IMG/VR virus record: IMGVR_UViG_3300027816_000057
Reading direction: 5' to 3' (one strand)
Length of the DNA: 64,000 nucleotides
From: a virus
In this document: piece by piece, positions 46,594 to 55,693 of the stretch
Numbering within the stretch: the first letter of the stretch is position 1
Layout of the letters: the number at the start of each line of letters is the position of its first letter
Notes under the pieces: generated by a model
The model's input: only the letters and a program-made list of their open reading frames with translations
What the model was told of the DNA's origin: nothing
The model's database searches: none
Made by a program: the position numbers and the translations under genes

Positions 46594-47276
46594 GATTATA
46601 TCACGCTCTTTTTCTTACGGTAGTATTATCTGTTTTATTTTGTTTTAGCCTTTTTTCTTTAGGTGTGTATGGTCCACACAATCAAAAAGAGAATAGTATA
46701 GAATATGTTGGTTTTTTGGAAAATACTAAAACTGGTTTTATAGGAACAGCTACTGCAGTAGGACCAAATACTATTATAAGTTGCCACCATCTTAATATAA
46801 ATTTAGATGAAAATTTAAGATATTTTTATAACAATAGTGGATCAAAAATTATAGGAATAAGAAGATATCCTGAATTAGATTTAATTGTAATAACAACCGA
46901 AAAAAATATACCTTATCGAAAAATCGATAAAAACATTGTTTTAGAAAAAGATTTAAATTTTGTCGGTTACGGTGCTGGTGTAACCGGAACAATGAAAGAA
47001 AAGGGAGAGATTTCAATCTTATGGCGTACTGGAAAAATAAATTATTTTAATTCTAATATTTACAATATAGAAAATGATACTATATCTTTTAAATTAAACA
47101 AACCAGAAGATGGCATGATACTATACGGAGATTCTGGCGGATGTATTGTTGTTAACGGTAGTCCGGTTGGTATGTTTCAATCATTTGCTAAATCTCAAGA
47201 TTCGGACGGCAATCATAAATATACTGGATACGCTTTAGACTTAAGAAAATATTACGATTTAATATATGGAAAATAA
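46590..47276 (+). CDS. Trypsin-like serine protease with N-terminal membrane anchor or signal
   Basis: Hydrophobic N-terminus; GTATAVGPNTIISCHH (His), ELDL (Asp), VGYG, GDSGG (Ser). Confidence 0.8.
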   Translation: MRLYHALFLTVVLSVLFCFSLFSLGVYGPHNQKENSIEYVGFLENTKTGFIGTATAVGPNTIISCHHLNINLDENLRYFYNNSGSKIIGIRRYPELDLIVITTEKNIPYRKIDKNIVLEKDLNFVGYGAGVTGTMKEKGEISILWRTGKINYFNSNIYNIENDTISFKLNKPEDGMILYGDSGGCIVVNGSPVGMFQSFAKSQDSDGNHKYTGYALDLRKYYDLIYGK

Positions 47277-47934
47277 TAAAATAACTTTCGTTATTAGAGG
47301 AAGATATGAAGAACAATTTAAATTATGCTATAATCACATTAAACAATTTTATCCAGAAAGTAAAATTATTCTTTCTAGCTGGATTGATCAAATACAATCA
47401 TATTTATCTTGCGGTCTTGAATTTGACCAAATTGTTTTAGATACCGATCCAAAAAATATTAACAGACAATCTCTAGCATCTTTTAATGGTATAAAAAACG
47501 CAAAGACCGAATACGTTTGCGTTTTAAGACCAGATATTTTGCTATTAAATCAACTACCTATACCCAAGAGCGACAGCATACTTGTTTCTGATTGTTACAC
47601 TATTAATCCTTTTACAAATCATGAAAAACTCATGTTTCATGTATCGGATTGGTTGTATTTTGGTAAAAAATATCAACTAGCTTCTTTATTTAGTCACGCC
47701 CTTAATCCAACGGAATATAAATGTAGACCAGAACAATTTCCAATTTTAAATTGGCTAAATATCACTGATTGGAAAGACGACCATGAATTTTCTATTGAGA
47801 TACAAAGAAAATATAATAATATGTTATTCAATTATTTTGAAATAATAAACGCGAACGAACCTAATACATTTATAATGGCTAAATATCCATATGTTAAAGC
47901 GGATGGACAGCACTTTTTAAGAGAAATAAAATGA
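47266..47934 (+). CDS. WavE-like polysaccharide synthesis protein
   Basis: ITFVIRG, KIILSSW, NINRQ..SFNGI, LRPD, FHVSDWLYFG, PEQ. Confidence 0.75.
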   Translation: MENNKITFVIRGRYEEQFKLCYNHIKQFYPESKIILSSWIDQIQSYLSCGLEFDQIVLDTDPKNINRQSLASFNGIKNAKTEYVCVLRPDILLLNQLPIPKSDSILVSDCYTINPFTNHEKLMFHVSDWLYFGKKYQLASLFSHALNPTEYKCRPEQFPILNWLNITDWKDDHEFSIEIQRKYNNMLFNYFEIINANEPNTFIMAKYPYVKADGQHFLREIK

Positions 47935-48539
47935 TAAAAGCGGTATTTTTTGATTTAGATGGCGTTTTAGTGGATATGTGTGAGCTTCATAAAAACGCTC
48001 TTAATAGAGCATTACAAGAAATAGAAGGTTTCGTTATTAGCGAAGCTGATCATTATTCTATTTATAACGGTCTTCCAACTCTACAAAAATTAAAAAAGAT
48101 GGTTCACAACAATATAATTCAAGAAGATAATGTTAAAAAAATTAATCAATTGAAACAATTGTATACCGAACATTATATTAATGAATATATTAAACCTGAT
48201 TTTAATAAAACCGAACTGTTGAGAAAATTAAAACTTGAAGACAAAGTTATAGCGTGTGTAACAAATAGTACTCGATCAACGGCTATTATGATGTTAAAAC
48301 ATGCTAAATTATGGAATGATATTGATTTTCTAATAGCTAACGATGATACCACTAATCCTAAGCCGTCGCCTGATCCTTATATCTTAGCTTGGAATAAAAG
48401 TAAATTAGAAAAGAAAGAAATTGTAGTATTTGAGGATAATGCTTATGGTATACAATCCGCCGAATCAGCAGGATTAAACTGTGTTCCCGTGTCTGATTAT
48501 TCGGCAGTCAACTACGATTTTGTAAGAAAATACCTATGA
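47931..48539 (+). CDS. HAD-family phosphatase
   Basis: FDLDGVL, VTNS, KPSPDPY, VFEDNAYG. Confidence 0.9.
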   Translation: MIKAVFFDLDGVLVDMCELHKNALNRALQEIEGFVISEADHYSIYNGLPTLQKLKKMVHNNIIQEDNVKKINQLKQLYTEHYINEYIKPDFNKTELLRKLKLEDKVIACVTNSTRSTAIMMLKHAKLWNDIDFLIANDDTTNPKPSPDPYILAWNKSKLEKKEIVVFEDNAYGIQSAESAGLNCVPVSDYSAVNYDFVRKYL

Positions 48540-49318
48540 ATATAATCATACCAGCAGCCGGAAAAGGTCAAAGATTTATAGACGCAGGCTTTAAGACGCC
48601 TAAGCCTTTTATAGAACCACTAGGTAATCCATTCCATAGTAATTTAAACTTATTGGAAATGGCAATTATTTCTTGCTGCGATCTTTCAAGCATTAAATTC
48701 CATATTATAGTAAATAAAGATCATAAAAGCTATATAGAAAATTTAAATACTGCGGAAAAATTCTCTAATTATCATAATATAGATAATTTAGATATTAATT
48801 ATATTTACGTTGACCAATTAACAAGCGGTGCAGCAGAAACCTGTTTAAAAGCAAAAAACTTTATCAATAACGACGATCCTCTACTTATAATCAATTCTGA
48901 TCAATTTATAGACGATGGATTTTGGTTAAACAGACTAATTATTAATAGCAATTTTAAAAAAGCTGACGGTTCTATTGCCTGTTTTCCAAACAATCATCCT
49001 AAATGGTCTTATGTTAAAATCCAAGACGGATTAATAACTCAGGTAAAAGAAAAAGAACTTATTTCCGAATTTGCTACTGTTGGTGCATACTATTGGAAAA
49101 ACGGTAGTGATTTTGTGTGGTCTGCTGAAGAAATGATTAATAAAAATATCAGAGTAAATAATGAATTTTATGTAGCACCATCTTATAATGAATTGATAAT
49201 AAAAGGTAAAAAAATAATACCATTCTTTATTAATAATTTTTGGCCTCTAGGAACCCCGGAAGATTTGAGAAAATTTGAGGAAGTGCATGACGAACGTAAA
49301 AATTTTCAATTTGAGTGA
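48536..49318 (+). CDS. Sugar-phosphate nucleotidyltransferase-like protein (BcbE-like)
   Basis: IIPAAGKGQRF...PKP, TSGAAET, NSDQ, KWSY, VKEK, NNEFYVAPSYN, LGTPEDL. Confidence 0.85.
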   Translation: MNIIIPAAGKGQRFIDAGFKTPKPFIEPLGNPFHSNLNLLEMAIISCCDLSSIKFHIIVNKDHKSYIENLNTAEKFSNYHNIDNLDINYIYVDQLTSGAAETCLKAKNFINNDDPLLIINSDQFIDDGFWLNRLIINSNFKKADGSIACFPNNHPKWSYVKIQDGLITQVKEKELISEFATVGAYYWKNGSDFVWSAEEMINKNIRVNNEFYVAPSYNELIIKGKKIIPFFINNFWPLGTPEDLRKFEEVHDERKNFQFE

Positions 49319-49661
49319 TTTTAAAAACGGCTGGTTAACAGGAAAATTTAAACCGTCTTTATTTAATTCAAATATTGAAGTAGGTTATCGTAAATATACT
49401 ACTTTAGAAAAATCCAACGATAAACCTCATTATCACGCGAAAACAAACGAGTACAATCTAGTTATTTCGGGTACAGTTTCTTTTCAGGTTAAAAAGAATA
49501 AAAGATACGCTCATTGGAAAACATATAAAGTTTTACCGGGTCAAATAATAAAAATTCCTAAAAATACTATTACTAGATTTTGGAATTTTGACGAAACCGA
49601 AATTTTATGTATTAAAGATAAATCTTATAAAAAAGTCGATAAAATCGAATTACTTAGCTAA
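49287..49661 (+). CDS. Cupin-domain protein
   Basis: GWLTGKFKPSL, HYHAKTNEYNLVISG, PGQIIKIP. Confidence 0.75.
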   Translation: MTNVKIFNLSDFKNGWLTGKFKPSLFNSNIEVGYRKYTTLEKSNDKPHYHAKTNEYNLVISGTVSFQVKKNKRYAHWKTYKVLPGQIIKIPKNTITRFWNFDETEILCIKDKSYKKVDKIELLS

Positions 49662-49985
49662 AGCTTGTTTATCTTCTAGGTTTTTAATTCTTAATTCTAT
49701 AAGAGCTAGTTGTTTATCTAAAAGATTTAATTTTGTGTCATTAATTTTTTGATCAGATTCAAGTTTTGCACCAAATTTGTCAATAACTATTTCTATAGAT
49801 GTAAATTTTTTATTCGTCTCTTCGAATTTAGAAGCCATATTTAAAATAGCGTTTGTTACATCTTTATTTTGAAGTTGATTATTATAAAAAGTGCTACCTG
49901 TCCAAGTCAATATAGCGACAATTAAGGCAACAAGAACGTTTAAACTTATTTTATTTAATAATTCTTTATTCATCGGAAAACTCAC
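49650..49985 (-). CDS. Single-pass membrane protein with coiled coil (possible lysis protein)
   Basis: Hydrophobic VLVALIVAILTW followed by heptad repeats. Confidence 0.5.
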   Translation of the reverse strand: MSFPMNKELLNKISLNVLVALIVAILTWTGSTFYNNQLQNKDVTNAILNMASKFEETNKKFTSIEIVIDKFGAKLESDQKINDTKLNLLDKQLALIELRIKNLEDKQALAK

Positions 49986-49988
49986 GAA

Positions 49989-50594
49989 TTAAATATATTC
50001 TAATTCAAACCATAAACCAAAATTAGTTTTTGATCCTACGCTGGATGGACTAGCAGAAAGAGCTACATAATAATCGTGTCTAGTGGAGGCACCGGGTATT
50101 TGACCGTTGGTGCCGGGACTATTAGATAAAGTTAAAACTGATCCAGAGCCAGATAATTGAGTCCAAGATGTACTTCCAGATCCTGTTGGTGTAACAGCAA
50201 GCCAAGGATGTATTAATTCAGCCGCTTGAAAAGTTAAACCAGAAGGCGGATTGTTTTTATTAGAGCGATCGTATCCGTATAATTTAGCGTTTTGTGTTTG
50301 TATAGATGTATCTGAGTTGATTCGTATATTTAAACTAGCTAAATAATTTGGAATTCCTCTTAAATGTAATCCTGAAACTGAATTAACATTTCCACTATTA
50401 GCGGAAATATACTTTACGTTATCTCCAATTGGACCCTGAGTAGTTCCGTTTGAATTGGTGACGTAAGTAGTATCCTGATAAGAACCTATTTGTACTGCAT
50501 TTCCAAATGAAGAACCGTAAAACCCTAAACCTGATCCGTTTAGAGTAGTAAAATTAGCATTTTGCCCAACCCAAAATTCTATAGAAGTCGCCAT
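49989..50594 (-). CDS. Putative virion structural protein
   Basis: S/G/N-rich beta protein ending LEYI; has its own GTGTATAA motif. Confidence 0.6.
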   Translation of the reverse strand: MATSIEFWVGQNANFTTLNGSGLGFYGSSFGNAVQIGSYQDTTYVTNSNGTTQGPIGDNVKYISANSGNVNSVSGLHLRGIPNYLASLNIRINSDTSIQTQNAKLYGYDRSNKNNPPSGLTFQAAELIHPWLAVTPTGSGSTSWTQLSGSGSVLTLSNSPGTNGQIPGASTRHDYYVALSASPSSVGSKTNFGLWFELEYI

Positions 50595-50600
50595 AATTAA

Positions 50601-50608
50601 TTATACAC
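50601..50608 (-). promoter_or_regulatory. GTGTATAA motif 6 nt upstream of the ATG at 50594
   Basis: Minus strand reads GTGTATAA-TTAATT-ATG. Confidence 0.6.
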
Positions 50609-50609
50609 T

Positions 50610-51065
50610 TTATATACCTACCTCTTTATCGCCAGAATGATAAAGATTATCCTTAGTTTTTTGTAAATCTTTATTAATTGTTAAATGAGTCCATTTAGAA
50701 AGAGGACATTTATCTGTTTGAGTTTTACATATAATAAAACATCCGCATGGTGCGTTTTCTTTTGCGGGATCGGGAGCCATACACTGTGATTTACTAGTTA
50801 ATTCACCTTTTTCATTTTTTGTTGAATGCTCGCATAAACGACAAACGTCTCTATTTTTAACAATTTCTTCATCAGTATATAAAGTCTGTCCGGTAAGACA
50901 TTTAACAATACCCGTTAGTCCGTCTCTAAACCAATTAAAAGGATTAGGATTTTGAGACGCGGCTTCTTTTAAATTTTTAACTACACCGCCAATATTATGC
51001 TGGTGAACAACCTGACTTGGAAAAATAGGTTTTGTGCCTTTATTACCGCAACTAGAACATGCCAT
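50610..51065 (-). CDS. Cys-cluster protein (DUF6171-like)
   Basis: MACSSCG; R.VCRLC...C...CGCFI..K....CPLSKW; GGAG RBS. Confidence 0.65.
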   Translation of the reverse strand: MACSSCGNKGTKPIFPSQVVHQHNIGGVVKNLKEAASQNPNPFNWFRDGLTGIVKCLTGQTLYTDEEIVKNRDVCRLCEHSTKNEKGELTSKSQCMAPDPAKENAPCGCFIICKTQTDKCPLSKWTHLTINKDLQKTKDNLYHSGDKEVGI

Positions 51066-51075
51066 ATATTACTCC

Positions 51076-54000
51076 TTAACAAACAGGTGAACCGTATTCT
51101 GCACTACTATAAGCATAACTATAGTTTGAATAGCCGCAAATCCAAGATGAGTTTTCTCTCCAAGATAAAATATAGTTTAAAGTTTTTGAATTTTGACTAC
51201 CGACAGGACATGCGTTACAAGTAACAGAACCTTGTTCATAAGAACCGTTTTCTTCATAATTTCCAGTAGTATGAAATTCATCTAATCCTCCACCGTAAAT
51301 ACCTAAAGTTCCTCCGCATCCGGGTCCGTCTCTAGTTGTAATTACAGTAGATGACCAGCTAGCACTAATACTGCCGCACGGTATATTATTAACGGTAGCA
51401 TTAAAATCAGAAACCGTTTTAACTAATTGCGATAAATTACATTGAAAATTAGGACCAGCATCAGGAGGATATCTACAACTTTCTGACTCTGAATGAGATG
51501 ATCCCGCCGCAGGATAACCTCCACCACCTCCGCAACCTTCAACAGTAAAAGTACTACTAGAACAAACGGTACACGGCGATACATAAGTAGCACCATCCCA
51601 ATCTGGTGCCGTTGGTCCGCTACAAGTATAATTTAAAGTATTAGTAGTTTGTATTGTGCCGCGAGCGTCTCCTTCTCTACATCCACAGCAGGCATCGATA
51701 GACGCATTAAAAACGTGATTAAATGAATAATCGCCAGAATTATTTACTTTTGGTCTAGCATATACTCTACCTACCGGTAAAATATAGCTTTCGCATTCTC
51801 CGGTGTAAACATCTAAAAATGGATTGGTGTCTGTAACCAAGCACATACCTGCCCATTGCCCGGTATCACTAATAGTTTTGCTATAACTAATAGTATATGT
51901 GCAAGGACAAACATACGGCCCATTTCTTAACTCTTCGTCATTTGGGGCACATTTAAAGAAACACCCACAACATTTACTGGCACAATTGATATCTATTCGC
52001 TCTGATTCCGCTGTTCCTCGTAAATCACCAATAGTCAAAGGATTAACTATTGGTCTAAAAATAGCTCTTAGTTCTTGGCCTAATCTTGGTCCAAGAATAT
52101 TACACCTGACTTTATCTGCTGGTAAAGCAGGAAAAACTCCATATATCGTATCCCAAGCGGTACATTGAGGATATACAGGTGAGTCTAATCCGGCTGCTAC
52201 ATCGTTAGAAACATCGTATAAATTAACTGAACAAAAAGCAGGATTTCCTCTTTTTAAAACATAAGAAACCGGAGGCCATTCTCTAGGAATATCTTCTTTT
52301 TTAACTCTTAAAGCAGAAACAGGATCAATATATTGGCACCATCCAACACATTCTGCACAAAAGGCAGTTGTTCTATAACTACTAAAAGGAATAGAATTAA
52401 TAGGATCGTAATATGATGTATAATTTTTTTGTTCGGTAAAAAATGATCTACCGCATGTCCATTTTAAAGCCGCAGTTGAAGGCGTAATAAACCCTTCAGG
52501 ATCAAATGGTAAATCAGCTAATCCATCAGAATATTGTACTGCGTATGTACTATCACCGCAATATTGAGCTAAATATATATTTCCGTCAGTATTTTGCACA
52601 ATCTGCATAGGAACTTTAACCAACATAGGAATATCGCATTCTGGATGGAATGTGTATTCACAAATATATAAATCGGGCTGAGTTATCCAATACGATCCAT
52701 AAGTTGATTTATTAGCTTGACTGTTTCCCGGTTGATTGTATAAATGAGGTCCATTATCACAACCCGCTTCGTTTGAACAATCGCATCTGGTTGTTTTTAA
52801 ATACCATTCCGTTTTACAAATTTCGCTATCGCATCCGTAGTTAGCGAATGTGCCACCTATAATAAATTCATCGCCATTACAGTTAATTGTTTCATTTTCT
52901 TCAATTACCCTTGAATTAAGAGGACGACAGCCAGACATTGGCAATTCTAAAATTCTAGCACCAAAAGAATCTTCTATGTATTCTGTTCTCTGTCTGGACC
53001 AATTTTTTAAATATCCTATAGGACTATTGAAAAGATTATGATTTTCACTATTAATTAGAGGTTCTTTATAAGACCAATTTTCAGGAGTTTCTACCGCATT
53101 TACAGCACCTGATACTGATGGTTCAAAATTAGTTGAATCCCAAAATGTACTATCGTCTAACCAAATATCATAAGGAGTTAAAGTCTCCGAATAAACAGGC
53201 CAATAAGGAGAATCCGATGGATTATCTTTAAATGATAAATTATTTATATCCTCAGCTAAATTAGACGTTTTATATTCTGCACCAAATTTATTTGTATTAA
53301 TTCCAGTAGATTGAATTATAGTTGTTCCACTGGTTATTGTTATATTAACTACAGAATCTTGACAATTAAATTCTATTTTATTAATATAGTCAGGTATACC
53401 GCTACCAAAAGTAACCAAGTTTACATTTGTAAGTTTACCCGGTATATTAGTAAACCAAGGGGTAAATTTACGTTCTTCATTCGGATTACCGAATCCGTTA
53501 TCATTTTGTCTAAACGTTATATAATCAAGAGATTTAGGTAGTCCGTACATTCTATGACGACCAAAAGGCGGTAATTGAGTTTTTTCTGTATTTAAAGATG
53601 TAACCGGCTGCGTTACAAATCTCAAAGGGTTTTCATATCTATCTTGCGGATAAAAACTACTGTCAGCTAATGATCTTTGAGTTTTTGTAGGCCACATACT
53701 AGAATATTTATGAGGACCAACAAAAATATCAGCTTTGCTTACAGTTACATCTGTTAAAGGATTAGCACCTCCAAAAGACGATGTATAAGTTAACGAAGCA
53801 TTATAATTTTTTACCGATCTAGCTTGATCAAAAAGTTCGTTGCTTATATTAATGATTTTAGAGGCGGGTACGTTACCAGCTTCAGTACTACCTAAACAAA
53901 AAGCGAAAATATTACACGAAGGATAATCGTCATACGCTAAAGTTTTAACATTATTAATAGCGTCAACAAAATTTCTTACAGTTTTTCCGCTACATGCAAA

Positions 54001-55671
54001 TCTTAAAAATACTGGACCGCCGCAGTCTTCGTTATTTATTATAGTTAATCCGCTACCTACAGTTGCGGGATCAACAACTCCTAGTTGATTTTTATCTAAG
54101 AAAGGATCACTTCCTAAATAAAACGACATAGCTCTTTTAAAAGTAAATATAATATCTATAGTATCAGTATTTAACCAAGTTCCTCTCGTAATTATTGATC
54201 CATTAGGAGCATATTGATAACCAGCGAAAAGTTCTGGGCTTCCTGCAAAACCATCATAAATATAACCCGTCTCTAAAACTAATGAAGCGTGATTTCTATT
54301 TTCAATGTCGGGATAATATGATCCAAATGGACCCCAAGGTATGTCTTTATGGAATTGAGCTAAAAACAACTCTACAGTACAATTTTCCGGTACATCATAT
54401 GTGCATCCACCATTAACATCGCAGTCGGGCGTAATATACGGTTGCTGAGCGTTAAGAGGATCGTTTTTAAAACGTCCCGTTCTATCGAATAGAAAATAAA
54501 AAGGACTTGTGGCGTAACATTGACCATTAATAAGTATAGTTGTTTCAAGATTACTAAATATATTTTCTGTAGAATCAAATAAATATGTATTATAATCATT
54601 CGATAAATTTTGTAATTTTCCTAAAACGGCACCTTTTTGCGGACAACATTGTAAATCCGATTGATATAGTCTTATATCTCCATCGGAATCTTGCTCATAA
54701 GCACAAAAATTATCAAAATCAGAAAAAGAAGAGCCAGAACCTCTTATATTATAACTATCTCCAAACACATAATTAGAATTATACCAATACTCCGGCTGAT
54801 TTCCGTATCCTAATCTATATTCACCGTATTGACCACTTACTGATTCTCGTATAGAATTAAAAGTATTGTTAGAAATTATTTTATATTTGTCTATAAAAAT
54901 ACCAGAATGAGATACTCCGCAAAGACCGCCGCCGAAATAAATTTCAAAATATTTATTTACGTCTCCGTTGGTCAAATTTTCGTTATAATTAACCTCAACT
55001 CCAAATAAATCTAAATCATTTTCTAATGATGTTTGTATATTTGACGCTAAAGTAGTGGGATTAAGATCAAAATCTATAGGATCGGTTGAAACACCATTAT
55101 AAGAAAGAGTAAACGAAGAATTACTAGCGGCAAAATTTTTGAAAGAAAAGCTGTTTATGTTCTGTATACCGCTATTTAATATATAAATAGGTATTCCCGG
55201 CCCTATTTGATTAGTAGCCTCCCAATTGGATAAACTGTCAATAAAAAATGATAAATTTTGTAAAGTTCCGTTAATACCGGTGGAATATACAGGCCCAGCA
55301 CCATTGTTTTCGGTTAAAATAACACTATTGCTATTGATTTCAACCTTACCCATATTGGGACCGGTATAAGATATAGTAAAAGCGTTATTTTTTGGACCTT
55401 CCTCCATTGTGTCATAATCTTTAAAATAAAGACGCTGACATTCACAAACAAATAGTCTGTCGTCTTGACATAAAGATTTATGCGAAATAAAATATCTATT
55501 AATGTATTGACACTGATCTACTTCGTCACAAGTTGTTCTAAAGTTTAAATCTACGCCGCAAGGTATAGCAGCCCAATAAATATCTTGTACTGTATTGCCG
55601 CAACAGCTTAAAGCGAGTTTATCGTTACATAATAATAATTTATCAGTTCTAGTTCTTAAATAATCCGCCAT
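51076..55671 (-). CDS. Giant cysteine-rich putative tail/receptor-binding protein
   Basis: 1531 aa, about 60 Cys by hand count; FTLSYNG.ST.PI...IQTSLE module seen in tail proteins; distal position in the tail operon. Confidence 0.55.
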   Translation of the reverse strand: MADYLRTRTDKLLLCNDKLALSCCGNTVQDIYWAAIPCGVDLNFRTTCDEVDQCQYINRYFISHKSLCQDDRLFVCECQRLYFKDYDTMEEGPKNNAFTISYTGPNMGKVEINSNSVILTENNGAGPVYSTGINGTLQNLSFFIDSLSNWEATNQIGPGIPIYILNSGIQNINSFSFKNFAASNSSFTLSYNGVSTDPIDFDLNPTTLASNIQTSLENDLDLFGVEVNYNENLTNGDVNKYFEIYFGGGLCGVSHSGIFIDKYKIISNNTFNSIRESVSGQYGEYRLGYGNQPEYWYNSNYVFGDSYNIRGSGSSFSDFDNFCAYEQDSDGDIRLYQSDLQCCPQKGAVLGKLQNLSNDYNTYLFDSTENIFSNLETTILINGQCYATSPFYFLFDRTGRFKNDPLNAQQPYITPDCDVNGGCTYDVPENCTVELFLAQFHKDIPWGPFGSYYPDIENRNHASLVLETGYIYDGFAGSPELFAGYQYAPNGSIITRGTWLNTDTIDIIFTFKRAMSFYLGSDPFLDKNQLGVVDPATVGSGLTIINNEDCGGPVFLRFACSGKTVRNFVDAINNVKTLAYDDYPSCNIFAFCLGSTEAGNVPASKIINISNELFDQARSVKNYNASLTYTSSFGGANPLTDVTVSKADIFVGPHKYSSMWPTKTQRSLADSSFYPQDRYENPLRFVTQPVTSLNTEKTQLPPFGRHRMYGLPKSLDYITFRQNDNGFGNPNEERKFTPWFTNIPGKLTNVNLVTFGSGIPDYINKIEFNCQDSVVNITITSGTTIIQSTGINTNKFGAEYKTSNLAEDINNLSFKDNPSDSPYWPVYSETLTPYDIWLDDSTFWDSTNFEPSVSGAVNAVETPENWSYKEPLINSENHNLFNSPIGYLKNWSRQRTEYIEDSFGARILELPMSGCRPLNSRVIEENETINCNGDEFIIGGTFANYGCDSEICKTEWYLKTTRCDCSNEAGCDNGPHLYNQPGNSQANKSTYGSYWITQPDLYICEYTFHPECDIPMLVKVPMQIVQNTDGNIYLAQYCGDSTYAVQYSDGLADLPFDPEGFITPSTAALKWTCGRSFFTEQKNYTSYYDPINSIPFSSYRTTAFCAECVGWCQYIDPVSALRVKKEDIPREWPPVSYVLKRGNPAFCSVNLYDVSNDVAAGLDSPVYPQCTAWDTIYGVFPALPADKVRCNILGPRLGQELRAIFRPIVNPLTIGDLRGTAESERIDINCASKCCGCFFKCAPNDEELRNGPYVCPCTYTISYSKTISDTGQWAGMCLVTDTNPFLDVYTGECESYILPVGRVYARPKVNNSGDYSFNHVFNASIDACCGCREGDARGTIQTTNTLNYTCSGPTAPDWDGATYVSPCTVCSSSTFTVEGCGGGGGYPAAGSSHSESESCRYPPDAGPNFQCNLSQLVKTVSDFNATVNNIPCGSISASWSSTVITTRDGPGCGGTLGIYGGGLDEFHTTGNYEENGSYEQGSVTCNACPVGSQNSKTLNYILSWRENSSWICGYSNYSYAYSSAEYGSPVC

Positions 55672-55685
55672 AAATCCTCATATGA

Positions 55686-55693
55686 TTATACCC
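55686..55693 (-). promoter_or_regulatory. GGGTATAA variant motif with GAGGA RBS downstream
   Basis: Minus strand reads GGGTATAATCATATGAGGATTTATG. Confidence 0.35.

Noticed and set aside
29100-49661. Bacterial O-antigen/capsule locus (cellular origin of the contig)
   Set aside because: No wzx/wzy/wzm/wzt or initiating transferase; interleaved with phage-type genes and flanked by phage replication and tail modules
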